Program-made: the position numbers and the translations under genes
From: Hemiscyllium ocellatum
Lineage: Eukaryota
DNA: 64,000 nucleotides
Assembly: GCF_020745735.1 (NCBI RefSeq)
Contig: NC_083447.1
Span: 21,408,755-21,472,754 of the forward strand
Direction of reading: 5' to 3'
In this document: positions 50,157-63,589 of the stretch, one piece after another
Layout of the letters: every line of letters starts with the position of its first letter
Numbering within the stretch: the stretch's first letter is position 1
The notes under the pieces: model-generated
What the model was told of the DNA's origin: nothing
The model's database searches: none
The model's input: the letters and a program-made list of their open reading frames with translations, nothing else

Positions 50157-50790
50157 GGGTGTGGGGGGGGCGGTGTTCTTAATGAAAACTTTGCATCAGA
50201 ATTCACTGAGAGGGACCTTGTCATTTGTGAGGACAACATTAAACAGGTTAATACACTTGAACAGGTTCATGTTAAGAAGGAGGATGTGCTGGAAATTTAA
50301 AAAAAACATGAGGATAGAAAAGTCCCGTGGGCCAGATGGGATATACCCAATTTTACTATGGGAAGCGAAGGAAGAGATTGCTGCTTTGTGATGATCTTTG
50401 CGTCCTCACTGTTCATTGAAGTAGTACCAGATGATTGGAGGGTGAAAAGTTTTATTCATTTGTTCAAGAAAGGGAAAATGGATAACCCTGAGAATGACAG
50501 ACCAGTCAGTCTCATGTTGGTAGTGGGCAAATAATTGGAGAGCATTCTGAGAGACAGGATTTCTGATTATTTGGAAAAAAAAGTATAGCTTGATTAGAAA
50601 TAGTAAGATTGACTTTGCGAGGGCAGATCATGCCTCACAAGCCTTATTGAATTCTTTGAGAATGTGAAAAAACACATTGATGAAGGTAGAGCAATGGATG
50701 TGGTGTATCTGGATTTTAGCAAGTTATTTGATAAGGTTTTTCCATGATAGGTTCATTCTGAAAGTAAGGAGGCATGGAAAAGTATTCAGC
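49990..50790 (+). mobile_element. CR1 LINE internal fragment containing a (GT)n / poly-G microsatellite
   Basis: EKSRGPDGIYPILLWEAKEEIA; tcatgcctcacaagccttattgaattctttgag; gatgtggtgtatctggattttagcaag. Confidence 0.7.
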
Positions 50791-50814
50791 CTGCAGCTTG
50801 GTGATCAGTAGGCG

Positions 50815-51330
50815 AAAGTGGGTACTGCAGGTAATGGAGATTAGAGTCAAGATTAGAGCGGTGCTGGAAAAGAACAACAGGTCAGGCAGCATCCGAGGAA
50901 CAGGAAAATTGACGTTTCAGGCAAAAGCACTTCATCAGGAATGAGGCTGTGAGCCTCGGGGGTGGAGAGATAAATAGGAAGGAGGTGGGGCTGGGGGGCG
51001 GCGCGGGATGGCTGGCGGAGAGTGCAATAGGTGGATGGAGATGGGGTGAAGGTGATAGGTTGGAGAGGAGGGTGGAGTGGATAGATGGGAAGGTAGATTG
51101 ACAGATGGGACAGGTCATGAGGATGGTGCTGAGCTGGAAGGTTGGAACTGAAGTAAGGTGGGGAGGGGAAATGAGGAAACTGGTGAAGTCCACATCGATG
51201 CCATGCGGTTGAAGGGTTCCGAGGCAGAAGATGAGGTGTTCTGCCTCTCGGTGTTGGGTGGTGAGGGAGTGGCAATGGAGGAGGTCCAGGACCTGCATGA
51301 CCTCAGCAGAGTGGGAGGGGGAGTTGAAAA
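50815..51330 (-). mobile_element. Penelope-like 3' fragment with pseudo-LTR and degenerate hammerhead
   Basis: Minus ORF MQVLDLLHCHSLTTQHREAEHLIFCLGTLQPHGIDVDF; CTGATGA...GAAACGTC at about 50906-50942. Confidence 0.82.
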
Positions 51331-51599
51331 GTTCGGATCACCTAACCAAGTGAAATTAGAATCATAGAATCCGTACAGTGCTGAAACAAGTTAAGCCCAA
51401 TAAGTCTGGATTAACCCTTTGAAGATCATCCCATGCCTCCACTTTATGCTCATAACCCCACATATTTTTATGGCTACTCCACATCCTGTGCACAGCTTTG
51501 GGCACCATGAGCAATTTAGCATGGCCAATTCAACTAACATGCACATGTTTGGTCTGTGGGAGGAAACTGAAGCACTCAGTAGAACCCAACCTCACCCCA

Positions 51600-51601
51600 T
51601 G

Positions 51602-51655
<54 letters not shown>
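51600..51655 (+). repeat. Compound microsatellite (TC)n(AC)n within a SINE
   Basis: Directly visible dinucleotide repeats. Confidence 0.95.
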
Positions 51656-51658
<3 letters not shown>

Positions 51659-53163
51659 CACACTGCAAAATCTACACAGTCACCCAAAACTGGAATTGAA
51701 CTTGGTCACTGGCATTGTGAAGCAGTAGTGCAAATCACTGAACCACCATGCTACACTCTCCAAAACCTGTACACCTACTATAAGGCACAAGTTAGGATAT
51801 TGTCTGAATACGTGCAACTCCAACAATATCCATGAAGCTTTACAACATCCAGAATAAAGCAACCTGGTTGACTGAGACTCCATTCATTTATACCACCATT
51901 AATGCTCAGTAACTGCAGTGAGCACTATCTGCAAAATACGTGACAGAAATTCACTAATACGTTTAGACTGCACCTTCAAAACCCGCAAACACTTCCATCT
52001 AGAAGGACGACAGAAGAAAACACATGGTAACACCATCATCTGCAATCCATTCGCCATCCTTACTGGAAATATATTGCCATACCTTCACTTTCGCTGGGTA
52101 AAAATCCTAAAATTCCTTCCCTCAAGCATTGTGTGTCTACCAGAGGATGAGGATCGCAGCTGTCCAAAAAAAAAGCTCACCCGATCCTCTCAAAGACAAA
52201 TTGGAATGGGCAATAAATGCTGGTTCAGCCAGCGAGTCCCATGCTCAAAATGAATTTTTAAAATGCAATTGCCTGGAGGCCTTCATGCTGACATGATTGG
52301 TCATATTAAAACAGAGAAAAAAAAATCTTTCAATCTCATTAAGCCTGTTACATTGCAACAGGAGGAAAGGATTACCCCACTGGTACCCCACAACAGTTAA
52401 ATGCCAGGCACATTTTGTGATATTCAATTTGATCATGGCAGTTCTGTATTTCAGTTGCATGCCCCAATCATTACTCAGTATCTTGGATTGCTCAGATAGA
52501 CTTAGGGCCAACAAACATTTATCAACAATTCGACTACACATTTTGAACATGTTTAGAACGCTAACATGGTGAAGAGGGAAGAACTGAAATAATAATGACA
52601 AACAATAGCTTTCATTGTATAAACTTTCTGTTTATTTCTTAAACATTGAACAAAAGGAAAGTGTAAAGGGTAAAATCATGAGAAAACTGTCAATACCTGA
52701 TTCATTGAGAAACCTATGAAAAATAATAAGGATCACAGTTTCCATCAGCAATCTATTAGATGAATTCTAAATATAGCAATAAAGGTTTGAAGGCTAACAG
52801 ACAAGAGTTATTTTAAACAAGATTTGAGTTACAATCTTTTGTTTTTGCTTAACAATATACATAGCTTTATTAGACTAGCACAGGGGATGTGTTTCACACA
52901 GGAAGTGGAAAAGATCAAATCATTTATCTTGGAATTAATTGTAATAAATGGTTTTGGTTTTAATATTTTTCAAGGAGATCTGTATTTTCACGTTTGGCTA
53001 AACAGCCTTCTGTTTTGCTTTAAGAGTTCTATGGTTCTCTATAAAGTTTTAAGGATTATGGATTAATAAGTAATCAAAAAAAGGAAAAATACTATGAAAA
53101 CTTCAAATCTTAACCTATTTAGGAAAACTAGGAAAACAAGGAGATGTCAAGACTCTGAAAGGA

Positions 53164-53303
53164 TTTATTTCAACAGGAAAAGGTGAGGCAAGGCATCAAT
53201 GTTCTCCACTCATCTGCCATGGTGACATTGTGGAGATATTTACACTGGCATGGTAGGAGTTAATTAGATAAACTTTATCCCATCGATAAACACAATATTT
53301 ATT
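53164..53303 (-). promoter_or_regulatory. Candidate polyadenylation signals of the C-beta transcript
   Basis: AATAAA on the minus strand at 53298-53303 and 53164-53169, about 70 and 205 nt after the stop. Which one is used cannot be told from sequence. Confidence 0.4.
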
Positions 53304-53374
53304 TTTCTTGCTTCTTCCTCTCTCCCATATGTTCTGCTATGCATCTGTTCATTGTCTTCATTGCTTTGTTTTAA

Positions 53375-53401
53375 TCAGTCAAATCGTTTGCTGGAAGATG
53401 T
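53375..53401 (-). CDS. TRBC: TCR beta constant exon 4 (cytoplasmic tail TSSSKRFD*)
   Basis: Acceptor gtcattAG; phase 0, compatible with exon 3; TGA at 53375-53377. Confidence 0.88.
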   Translation of the reverse strand, partial: TSSSKRFD

Positions 53402-53938
53402 CTAATGACAAAAACAAAGTTGATGATGTTATTGTAATAAAATCATAAATATGTAGCCCTGAATGAAGCAACTCTGATAAACTATTTTTAATGCTGCATT
53501 CAGTTAGCTAATATAATTCAGAGAAGGAAATCTGCCATATTTACGTACATGGGACTGTGGATCTATGGCAAAGCTGTTGACTCTTAATTACCCTCTGAAA
53601 CGACCTGGCAAGCCATTCAGTTGATGGGCAACCTTGAATGGACAAAAACTATAACAATAGCACAATTTCAAACAGTTGCCCGAGAGTTTTTGTCTCACTT
53701 CCTACCATAAATCGTGTGGATGCTCTAATGGTGCAGGCTACCTAAGCAAAATTATGTGCGAAGTAACGGAGGGACATGTTGCTAGAGGTGAATGAAATGG
53801 ACGAAGCTCACAAAAACAGTGGAAGGCACCATTTGGGCAGAATGGGCTGTTCTATACTAAAACTTGTAAATAATTCTATGAATGAATATCAATAACCAAG
53901 TTTTAGAATGCATTCTTTAATAAGTCTACTGAGTTTAC

Positions 53939-54045
53939 CTTAGTTTTCCAAGCAAGTATTGAGATGAATATTCCATAAAAGACACTTTTGCAAATCAAGA
54001 TCAGATATGTCAATTTTCCTGTTGCCATGCTGTGCATTTTCACTT
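53939..54045 (-). CDS. TRBC: TCR beta constant exon 3 (connecting peptide and transmembrane)
   Basis: 107 nt between ctttgtAG and GTaaac. EVKMHSMATGKLTYLILICKSVFYGIFISILAWKTK, with the single intramembrane Lys typical of TCR beta. Confidence 0.93.
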
Positions 54046-55286
54046 CTACAAAGAAATTTGTAATGAACATTGTTAAAATGTTTTATTGAAGGAAGAATTG
54101 TTTTTGTTAACAAAAGAAATATATCTTTATTTTAGGGTCTCAATGTAAAGTTAAGCTGTAAAATAGAATACGTCCACCTTTGATGCAGGAAGTTGCCCTC
54201 TATCCTATCTCTCTATGTCAATTATTATTCAATGATGTACCATGTTACATTTTGAATACCTTTATTCACTGTAGGAATTGCATGAATATTTACTTCTAAA
54301 TGTGAGGAAATATTTAAACCTGGAACTCAGAAATGCATGTGTTGAGAGCTCGTATCAGGCATGAGATTTTGTATCAATGTAGAGCATTTTTCTCTTGTGG
54401 TCACTTAAGCCCTCCTTCCAGTGTCAGGAGAGAGGGAAATCTACACTATTGCTCAGAAGCATTGACTCAGCGATCTATTTTCCTCTGAGGCAGATGTAAA
54501 GCATCCAGTAACATTATGACATTCTGCAAGGGCCCTGGAATAACATACTCCTCTCAACCAAAATTACCAAAACAAATTATCAGGCCATTACAGTTTGTGG
54601 GAGTATGTGATGTGAAAATTGCTTATTATAATCCTCATATTGCTGCAGTGACTGCAGTTCAAACTTACATCATTTGAAAAAAGAAGTTTATTGGGATGTA
54701 ACTATTTGCATGAAATATCTGTTACAATAACACATTTACAATTGCCATTATGCACTGCGACTATTTAAAGTCATGGATATCATGGACAAAAGAACGCCAT
54801 TTGACTCATTAAATTGTAAAAGAAACTAATCTTCCTGATTTCTTCACTCTACCCTCATAGACCTGGAATTTTATTGCTCCAAGTGGTCATCCTTTGGAAA
54901 TAATTGTTTGTTTCTGTTTCACCACCCACATCGGCAAGTTTATTAGCATTATCGCAAAAGAAAATATTTTCTCACAGTTTTCCTGCATTTCTCATACAAA
55001 TCCTAAAGTCGTCCGCCCTAAACCGTGTATTCATCGGTTAAAAGAGCAGATTTTCTTTGTCCATGCTATCAAAATCTTTATAGCATTTCATACACCTTCA
55101 TTCAATATCCCCTCAATCTCCTTTATTACAGAGGAGAACTATTCTAGCTTCATCAGCCTAACCTTGTAGGTGACAACCCCATTTCTAGATCCAATGCAGA
55201 TAATCCCCTTACACCCCCTCAAAGATTGTTCATACTATTCTTAAAACATGATATTCTGAAGCAGGTAGAAGGATGTCGTGACTTAC

Positions 55287-55307
55287 CTTTACTTATGCCG
55301 CAGATTT
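55287..55307 (-). CDS. TRBC: TCR beta constant exon 2 (hinge EICGISK, with interchain Cys)
   Basis: 21 nt between ctctttcAG and GTAAGT; phase 1 at both ends. Confidence 0.9.
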
Positions 55308-55369
55308 CTGAAAGAGATTTAATAGAAAAATTAGTCTCAGAGTACTTGTTGGAGTGATCGTTCAGATGC

Positions 55370-55700
55370 AGACCATCACACAGTGGCCCAGGGGTTAGCG
55401 CTGCTGCATCACAGCACCACAGACATGGGTCCAATTCTAACCCTGGGTGACTTTGTGGAGTGTACATGTTCTTCCTATGCTTGCATAGGGTTCTTTCACT
55501 GTCCAAAGATGTGCAAATTAAATATATTTGCCATTCTAAATATTCCTGTGGTTTGTAGACTAGTTGGATTAGCCATGGTACATCAGGGAGATGGGGTTGC
55601 TAGATCTGAGTAAGATGTTCTTCAGACAGTTGATGCAGACTCATTGAGTTAAATGGCCTCTTTCCACTCTGTTGGGATTCCATAAGTTGTATGTCAGTCT
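55370..55700 (+). mobile_element. SINE in C-beta intron 1
   Basis: gttagcgctgctgcatcacagcacc... is homologous to the SINE at 48715-49010. Confidence 0.65.
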
Positions 55701-55922
55701 GCATACAGTCTGATGCTGCTTTTGCAAGATTTTAGAACATTGTTTCCCATTAACTTTATATTATTTATCTATTTTTTTGAATTATTTAGCTGGTTATTTA
55801 TTTATCTACAAATGTATCTACTCACTCTCTTATTCATAAGAGCACAGACACTGTTTAAATCAACATTCATGTATTCTTTGAAGCTAAAATTAAAATCATA
55901 TGGGGTTAACACAAGCACATAC

Positions 55923-56267
55923 CAGCATTAATGGGTAAAATTTCTGAATGAGTTGTCGGTTGTGATCCTTCGTAATAATGTTCCACTTTGCACTCAATAT
56001 TTTTAGACTTGGCCCAGGTTTGAGCATCTAATCTGAACCGACTGCTGATGCTGTAGGTCTGTGTCTTAGTTTTGAACATAGAATTGACGTCAGTCTGAAT
56101 TTTCTCATCAGTCGCTGATATCGCAGTGCCATCCAGAAACCAGTGAATTTTGATATTGTCAGGATAGAAGTTAGTTACAAGGCAAATCACAGTTGCCTTC
56201 TCTTTCTGTTTAATCTCATCTGGTGAGGGTTCAAAGATAGTGATGTTAGGATTCTTAGGATCATGTT
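55923..56267 (-). CDS. TRBC: TCR beta constant exon 1 (Ig C1 domain)
   Basis: 345 nt between cacacAG and GTATGT. EHDPKNPNITIFEPSPDEIKQKEKATVICLVTNFYPDNIKIHW...YSISSRFRLDAQTW...ECKVEHY...; the FEPS..EI..K.KAT..CL...FYPD and SSR.R..A..W motifs are diagnostic of C-beta. Confidence 0.95.
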
Positions 56268-58139
56268 CTGTGTGAATTAAACAACGATAAAGAAAAAGAA
56301 CACGTGTGAGATTGGAAATCATCTGCAATTTTAAAATAGTACATTATTTTTACATAGTACAATTAGCTTAATGTAAAATACAAAATAATGCTGTCTGTTT
56401 TCTTGACATCATGCTACATACTAATAATAAACAATTGAATCTCTTTGCATGTTGTGTATTCTTTGTACCTTTTATCCAAAACAGTGAGAATTCAAATCTG
56501 ATCTTTTTATTGGTAACTAACTGTAGTGTAATTCTGTCCTAAACTTTAAATGTTTTCCTGTCAATTTGAAAGTGTTTTTGAATTTTGGTCAAACCTATTA
56601 TTAATTTACTGACCATCATTTACTCTACAGATAACATTTCTAATTCTGCTCATAGCTGTTTTCTACATCTTGTGACCAGCAATGTAACCATAAACTGTTC
56701 CAATAAATGAGGATGTTTTTCTGTCTCTTACATGATAGTAGGTAGAAATACCAAGTTAACCCTGACAATCCAACCACTTGTCTCACAAAATAACAAATTT
56801 CCCCAAAATCAGTAATTAGACTTTTATAGAATATATCTAACATACACAGACACACACAAACACACAAATGTATATACACATATATTAATATAATACATAG
56901 TACTACTGGATTTGTTTCTGTCATCAACTCAAGCTGTACATGTCAAATCAAATACAGTTTTTAAAAAAGATGCTATGGTCTGTAACCCACTGATTTTTGG
57001 AAAATAAAGATTTTCAAGGAAATTACAGGGAAGAGCAAAACATAGAATTGTATCAATGGGAGCCTTAATTGTCTGAATATAGTGTAAAGGGCAGAGAAGG
57101 TTACAAGTTCCTATGGTGTGTCAGAATTTTCTACATCAGAATGTTTTCAGTGAAACTATGAAGCAAACAAAAAAACTGTCATATTTGATTATTGGGAGAG
57201 AGGTGGGCCTCATTCAAGGGTGAGTGGGAAAAGATTAAAAGGGTGAGTGGGAAAAGATTGAGTTGTGTGATCATTGTATCATAAAGTTTAGCGTTACAAT
57301 GAAAATGACAAGGAACAATTTGGAGTAATAATAATTAATTTGTGAAAACCAATTTTAATGATGTCTGATAACAAATAGACCTGGAAGGCATAAATTGCAA
57401 CCAAAGATTGACAGAAAGCCTGGTAGCTAAACAATGGTGTATTTTCAAAGTTTTAGCCAGCCTGTTGGTGGAAAGCTAGAACAGGCACCAGCAACTTTTT
57501 GAAAGTGATAGGTACAACAAAATAAAATTACTTCTCTAGGTTATAAAAACTTATTCAAATTATTGTGAAGAATTAATGATGTGCTCTGAACAGATATCAA
57601 ACAGAATATTCAATTGAGAATTATGTTATATGTCTTCAAAGTTTACCAGGTGCCAAGAGCAGATGAGGTGCATTGAAACATGTTAAGTGAAAAAAAAATG
57701 CAAACTGAGGAGCCTTTGATCTCCTTTCTGTTGTTCTTAGTCTTAGGGTGGTGCCTGGAGATTGGAGAATTCAACAAAAAATACTGGAAAGTTTTCCATG
57801 ACTTTGTGATGGATATAAATCCAATAGCATATTTTAAAAAGGCTTTTCATGAAAAATGTATTAGAAAAAGGCAAACAACTACAAGCTGGCCAGCTTAACG
57901 TCTGTGTTAAGAATGAAATATGTAGAAACAATAAATTGTAGCAAATTACTGGTTGCACTCATAAAATGTGATTATGTAGAGAAAGCTAATATGAATTTCT
58001 TAATGGAAAATTACACTTAATTGACATTTTGGAGTTTTTTGAAGAGGTAACAAATAGGGCTGATGAGGGCAATGCTGACAATGTGGTGTATATCGATTTC
58101 TAGACAGCCTTTGATACAGTACTGCATAACAGACTTGCA

Positions 58140-59130
58140 AATACACTTGGAGCTCAACGTAATTACCAGGGACCCTGGTTCAATGCCAGGCTGGGGCAAC
58201 TGCATATGTAGAATTTGCACATTGTCCCAGTGTACGCATGGATTTCCACCAGTTGCTCTGTTTTGCTCAAGTAGTCCAAAAGATAGTTGATGGATTGACC
58301 ATGCTAACCTGCCCTGGATAATCTCAGCATGTTAGGTGGATTAGCCATGGCATATGTGGTTACAGGATAGACTCTTTTTGGAGTGTCAGCACAGACTTGA
58401 TGAGTTGAATGGCCTCTTTCTATACCGTAGGGATTCTAGATTTTTAATATTTTCAGGCCAATCATCAGGAATCTTTTCCTTTAAATGATCTATATATACA
58501 TAACACCTTGGTGCACAGATGAAAATTTCAAATATTACAGATTATATGAAACTTCACAGTACTGTGAACTGTGTGCAACTTCAAAAGGATATAGACAACT
58601 TGGTGCAATGGGAGAATATTTGGAAAATGAAGTTTTACACATGGTCAGAAGAACTTGGAGGTATAGTATCAAATAAAGGATACAATGTTAAACTTGTGTC
58701 CTAACAGACAAACCTTGGTGTATATCTGTACAGGAAATTAAAGGCAGCACAGCAGAGAGAGCAGTTGATAAGCTAATTAATGTGTTCAGTTTTATTAATT
58801 GAGGAACTGAGTATTTCAGCAAGGATTTATTTTGAACTTGTATAAGACCATTGTTCTAATCCTGAGCACCATATTTCAGGCAGGATGTGAAAGTATTGTA
58901 AAGAGTACAGAAACATAAAACTGTGTTTGATGCCGTATGTAGAATTTGCATATTGTCCCAGTGCACACATGGATTTCCACCAGTTGCTCTGTTTTGCTCA
59001 AGTAGTCCAAAAGATAGTTGATGGATTGACCATGCTAGGTGCATGTCAGGTGGATTAGCCATAACGTATGTGGTTACAGGATAGACGCTCTTTGGAGGGT
59101 CAGTACAGACTTGATGGGTCGAATGGTCTC
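58140..59130 (+). repeat. Two near-identical SINE segments (about 58208-58440 and 58938-59130) separated by a CR1 fragment
   Basis: Shared string gatttccaccagttgctctgttttgctcaagtagtccaaaagatagttgatggattgaccatgcta. Confidence 0.75.
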
Positions 59131-62100
59131 AAGTTTGATGCAACTTGACTTTATATTTATTTGAATTTAATTCTATAGCATATATCAGGTGGGAAAGTCA
59201 CTCAGAGTCACAACCAAAAGTCAGCTCCATCTCCATGAAAAATAGTTTATGGTAAAATATTAATAGGTCTTGATTTATCAGACATCAAAATCTTGAATAT
59301 TACCCATTTCTGTCTTAGAAAATAATTGACCCAATGACTCTTCCAAACCATTGTTGGAAGCAGTTGGACTGAACAAGCTGAGTTCTTTAGAAATGGCACA
59401 ACGGGCTTTCATAACAGCAGTTCTCGATATAAAAGAAATGAATACGGTGAGTGAATAGTTGGTTTAAAATTCTGAAAGAGGAAAAGTGGTGTCTAAAATG
59501 AGTGGATCCTAAACGTAAGACAGTCAGCAATAAATCCTGTGGAGATTTCAAGAGAAACCTATTTACTCATGGGGTGGTGAGAATGTGAAATTCACTACTC
59601 TTATTTGTGTGGATTTCTGAGAAAATGAGTATAGATGGAGTCAATAGAAGCTATTTAAAGAGATTATTTTTAAAAGTATGGGGAGCCACTGGCCTGGTGG
59701 TGTTATCGATGGGCTGTTAATCCTGAGACCAAACAATATTCTTGGGACTTAGGTTTTAACCCTGCCACAGCAGACAGTGGAAATTGAATTCAATTAATAA
59801 CAACTCTGAAAATACGAGTCTAACGATGATCGGGAATCCATTGTCATGGTTAGAAAGCTCCATCTGATTCACTAATGTTCTTTACGGAAAACAAGATGCT
59901 ATCCTTACCTGGTCTGATCGATATGTGACTCCAAATCCACAGCAACATGGTTGACTCTTAACTGTCATTTGGGCAATAAATGCTGCCTTATCAGTGATGT
60001 CCTTATCCCATGAATGAATTTTTAAATAAGGAAGTTATACGGTTGGGTTACAGTAGAAGAACTAAGGTTGGACTTGCATGGAGTTTAAATGCTAGAGTTC
60101 AAATGTTGGGTTGAATGGTATACTTTTCGATGGTGCAATCTACCAGTGTAATTAACATTTTACAACCAGAAAGGCATTTCCTTTCCTCTTAGATTGTTAA
60201 GATCTTAGCGCTCATTCAGTAGTAAACTGAGTGACTGTCAGTGAAACATAGTTATAGTGAAAGACAACAACCCGAAAATAAAAATCATCTGCATTTGTGA
60301 CAGTTAGTGTCTATGCTGAGAAGACTCAGTCTCTGCATTTGGAATACAAAACTGGATTTTGGAGAACTACACAAGCTAAAAGGCAAATTTCGAACACCTT
60401 AACTGTTTCTAGTTATATTTAAGCTAAATGATGCAATATTTAAGGAGAAAGCAATGCCACAAATCCATAACGTGTTCAAGCCAAGTGTGCACAATTGAAC
60501 AGAAACATTAGAATCTGATGACTATGTTCACACATCAATCATTGAACTAGAGATGAGACCTCACAATTTAATAAACAACCACATTTTTTTTCTCTCAAGC
60601 AGTAAACATTGGTTCAGGACATTGGGAAAAAATTCCTTCATCTTCACTTTGGCCCTCTGCTCCTTTCCACCTATGAGAGATAACTGATGGAGTTTCAGAT
60701 TAATGTGTCAGCTGAAGGACAGCTTCTCCAACATATATCACTCTCCTGTATCAGCCTTACATTAATCCTTCCTTAACACCAATCTTCTATAGTGAGGCAT
60801 TCCATCACTACTGAAGATTTAAGCCAGTTGCCTAGTCAATGGGTTAAAATCTTCTGAAACTATAACACTTTGCCTTGGAGGAAACTATGCTGCAATGGAG
60901 CAACTTAATAGAAATGCTGAAACAAGATGGTAATTTTGAGAACCAGTTAACCTGAAATTGACCAATGTGAATTCATAACATTTCACCCTTACCTCAAGCT
61001 GTGAGCCAGCCACAGTAGACCAGAATGCCTTGAGCAAAATATTACTGCGTATAAGTTGGAATTTTAAAAATTGCAACTTTTCCAGTGTATCCACATAACT
61101 AAAGTCCCCTAGTACTAGCAGCATTTCCATAAATGTTTCCTGCCTCTCTCTAACATCTTGGCACTATTCCAAATATGCGGCAATCAAGGAAATGAAACAA
61201 CTCCCTCACCCCAATTTAGAAAATGCATAGAAATAAATATATATCTATTCATATAGTGCCATTGATGCAGTAAAATATATCCTCCCAAGGCACTAGGGCA
61301 GGTGATAAAAGTTTTAAAACATTATTTTTAAAGGAAGAGCAAGGGAGAGATAAAAATAATTAGGAACATAATTGTGCAGTTTAGACATTTAGGGCAGCTG
61401 ATGGCAAGGGCTTTATTGGAAGGGTTAAGGACTGGGGGAATGGACAAGAGACCTGAATTGGAGATGTGCAGAAATCTTATAAATTCATAATACCCAGACC
61501 TGATAATCTAGAAGCCCAAATTCCAAAATCAATTTACTTATATACCTCGTTATCCAGAAACATATTAAAGTGTTCCTGAAACTACACAGTTGACTAATTG
61601 TTAAGCACCAGCAATTGAAGTTTTGAAATTGGCAAGTAAGTGGAGGTAAACTTACAATAATTCTGCTGGCACTGAAAATGTAGTTGTACTTCCAGTGATG
61701 TAATTTGTATTTTTGTAGTGCAGTTAACATCTGCTGCAAAAAATTGCGAATTTGTAATTGCTTTAATAGTGATTTAAACGAAATCATTACTTTGATGTTT
61801 TCATTCAAACAGTTTTGGGGGCTTTCATGATGGAATTGCATTTCTGGTGTTTATATTAGAAATAGTTAGAAAAAAATATTGGTATCAATAAAATATGCCA
61901 AAGTATATGGAGAGTACATGAGAACAGGGTGACCAGAGTTAGTACCAAGGATGAGGGGCTTCAGTTATTATGGCGAGCCTAGATGTTGTTCTCAGAGAAG
62001 AGAACATTAGAAGCATTTTTAATTGAGGTCTTCAAAATTATGAAGGATTTACATGGAATAAAAGTTGAAAAATTGTTTCCATTGGTGGGTGAGTAAGTAA

Positions 62101-62672
62101 TTACAGGCCATGCTATATATTTTTCTGAAAACTACTGGGTTCGTTATGACTGGAAATGTATCATCTATAGTAGCAACAGAAGCAAGTTTGACAATAACTT
62201 TCAGTTGGAATCATGGATAAAGGAAAACACTGCTGATTATAATGAGAAATCATAAGTGATAGTAACTGGGTAACTCTTGCAGTTAACTTATAAGGTAAGA
62301 TGGATCAAATGAGTTCCTTCTGCGCTAAATATTAAGTGAGAATGAGAAGTTTTCAGGATGCCATAGCAAACTTAATACATTCACTAATTTGCTTTAGGAG
62401 TGGAAATGTGGCATTATTGCTCAGGTCTCACCTTAATGTGAATCCAAGCCAATACTGGTGACTCCTAACAATTTTCTAAAGAGGCAAGATAGATTCAGAT
62501 GGGTAAAATCTTATAATCTGTTTGCTTAGTAACAGTGTCTTTATGAAATATAAATCTTGCAATTCATTTTTTCCAGTTTTAGCTTCAGTTTATGAGGTCT
62601 GGGGATAATTACAAAGCGAAGAATGAATACCTGGAGTCATGTAAACTTTGAACACTGAGATTGCGTACCTTC

Positions 62673-62727
62673 CTAGAAATGACAGCTTCGTCCTGGGACA
62701 CCACATGAATAAACTGAACTCACAGAT
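62673..62727 (-). pseudogene. Possible degenerate J-beta relic
   Basis: 48 nt reading SLFMWCPRTKLSFL (W-C-P-R-T-K-L versus F-G-P-G-T-K-L). Heptamer-like CACAGAT at 62721-62727; no GT donor at the expected position and no nonamer at 12-nt spacing. Confidence 0.35.
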
Positions 62728-63533
62728 GAGAGAAAACCTGCAGCCTGGCAATAAAACTACTGGCCACTCAGTTATAAGAACATAAGAACTAGGTGGCAGA
62801 GTGGTCAATTCAGCCCCTGAAGCCTGCTCTGCCATTTGATGCAATAATGAGTGATCTCATCCTAAACTCTACTCTTCCACCTGTTCTTCATAACCCTTTC
62901 AATCTTTTGCTAATTATAAGGACTCAGCAGAAGTAATGTGTCCAATTCTCGGCATCACATATAGAACATATGTCAAAAAATTGGAAGAAGAAGATGAGAT
63001 TTTGCTAAAATTGTGATTTGGTTTCAATTATGTGGAGAGACTGGAGAAGCTAAGTTTGTTCTCCCAATGTATGTTACCAACAGTTAGCTGGTGCATTCAC
63101 AGTCACGAAGGGTTTCATTGGAACAGATTGGCAGAAATAATTTCCACCATTCAGTTCCCTGCGCCTCAAACTTCCCTGTGCCTCAAATGCATGTAAAAAA
63201 ACAATCTTGTTCAAGCAAGAGATGACTTTCATTTATTTGGATAGATTGAAACACCAATGCTTGTTTGTTTCTTTGCTATGCTACTATGCAGAACTGAACT
63301 GCATTTATGACTATGTATTTTAGACAGAGAGAGACAGCACGAGAGAGTTTTTATGAATAAAGTATATTTGTGAATTAAAAATCCTTATGAATATGTAATG
63401 CATCTTACAATGTCAGTTGGGGTTTGCAATATTCTAACTGAAGTGAGATCACAGGGAAGTAACTAGAAATTGACAAATGTTACAATATAGTAGCAAATAT
63501 TTTAAACCACTGATGTATTTTACGTTTACCTAC

Positions 63534-63589
63534 CTGCAATTGTCAGTTTAGTGCCTTCACCAAAATATAATGGACTGTTGTTGTTGTAG
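63534..63589 (-). CDS. TRBJ: TCR beta J segment (YNNNSPLYFGEGTKLTIA)
   Basis: FGXG motif; phase-1 donor g|GTAGGT compatible with C exon 1; J-C intron 56268-63533. Confidence 0.93.

Noticed and set aside
56640-56927. ORF containing DFGEIC as a possible J
   Set aside because: No FGXG-T-X-L pattern, RSS or donor.
60988-61020. TVAGSQLE|GTAAG with heptamer-like CACAGTA
   Set aside because: Only about 18 nt, with no FGXG and no nonamer.
63075-63105. HQLTV|GTAAC preceded by heptamer-like GACTGTG on the minus strand
   Set aside because: Too short, lacks FGXG and a nonamer; may be chance.
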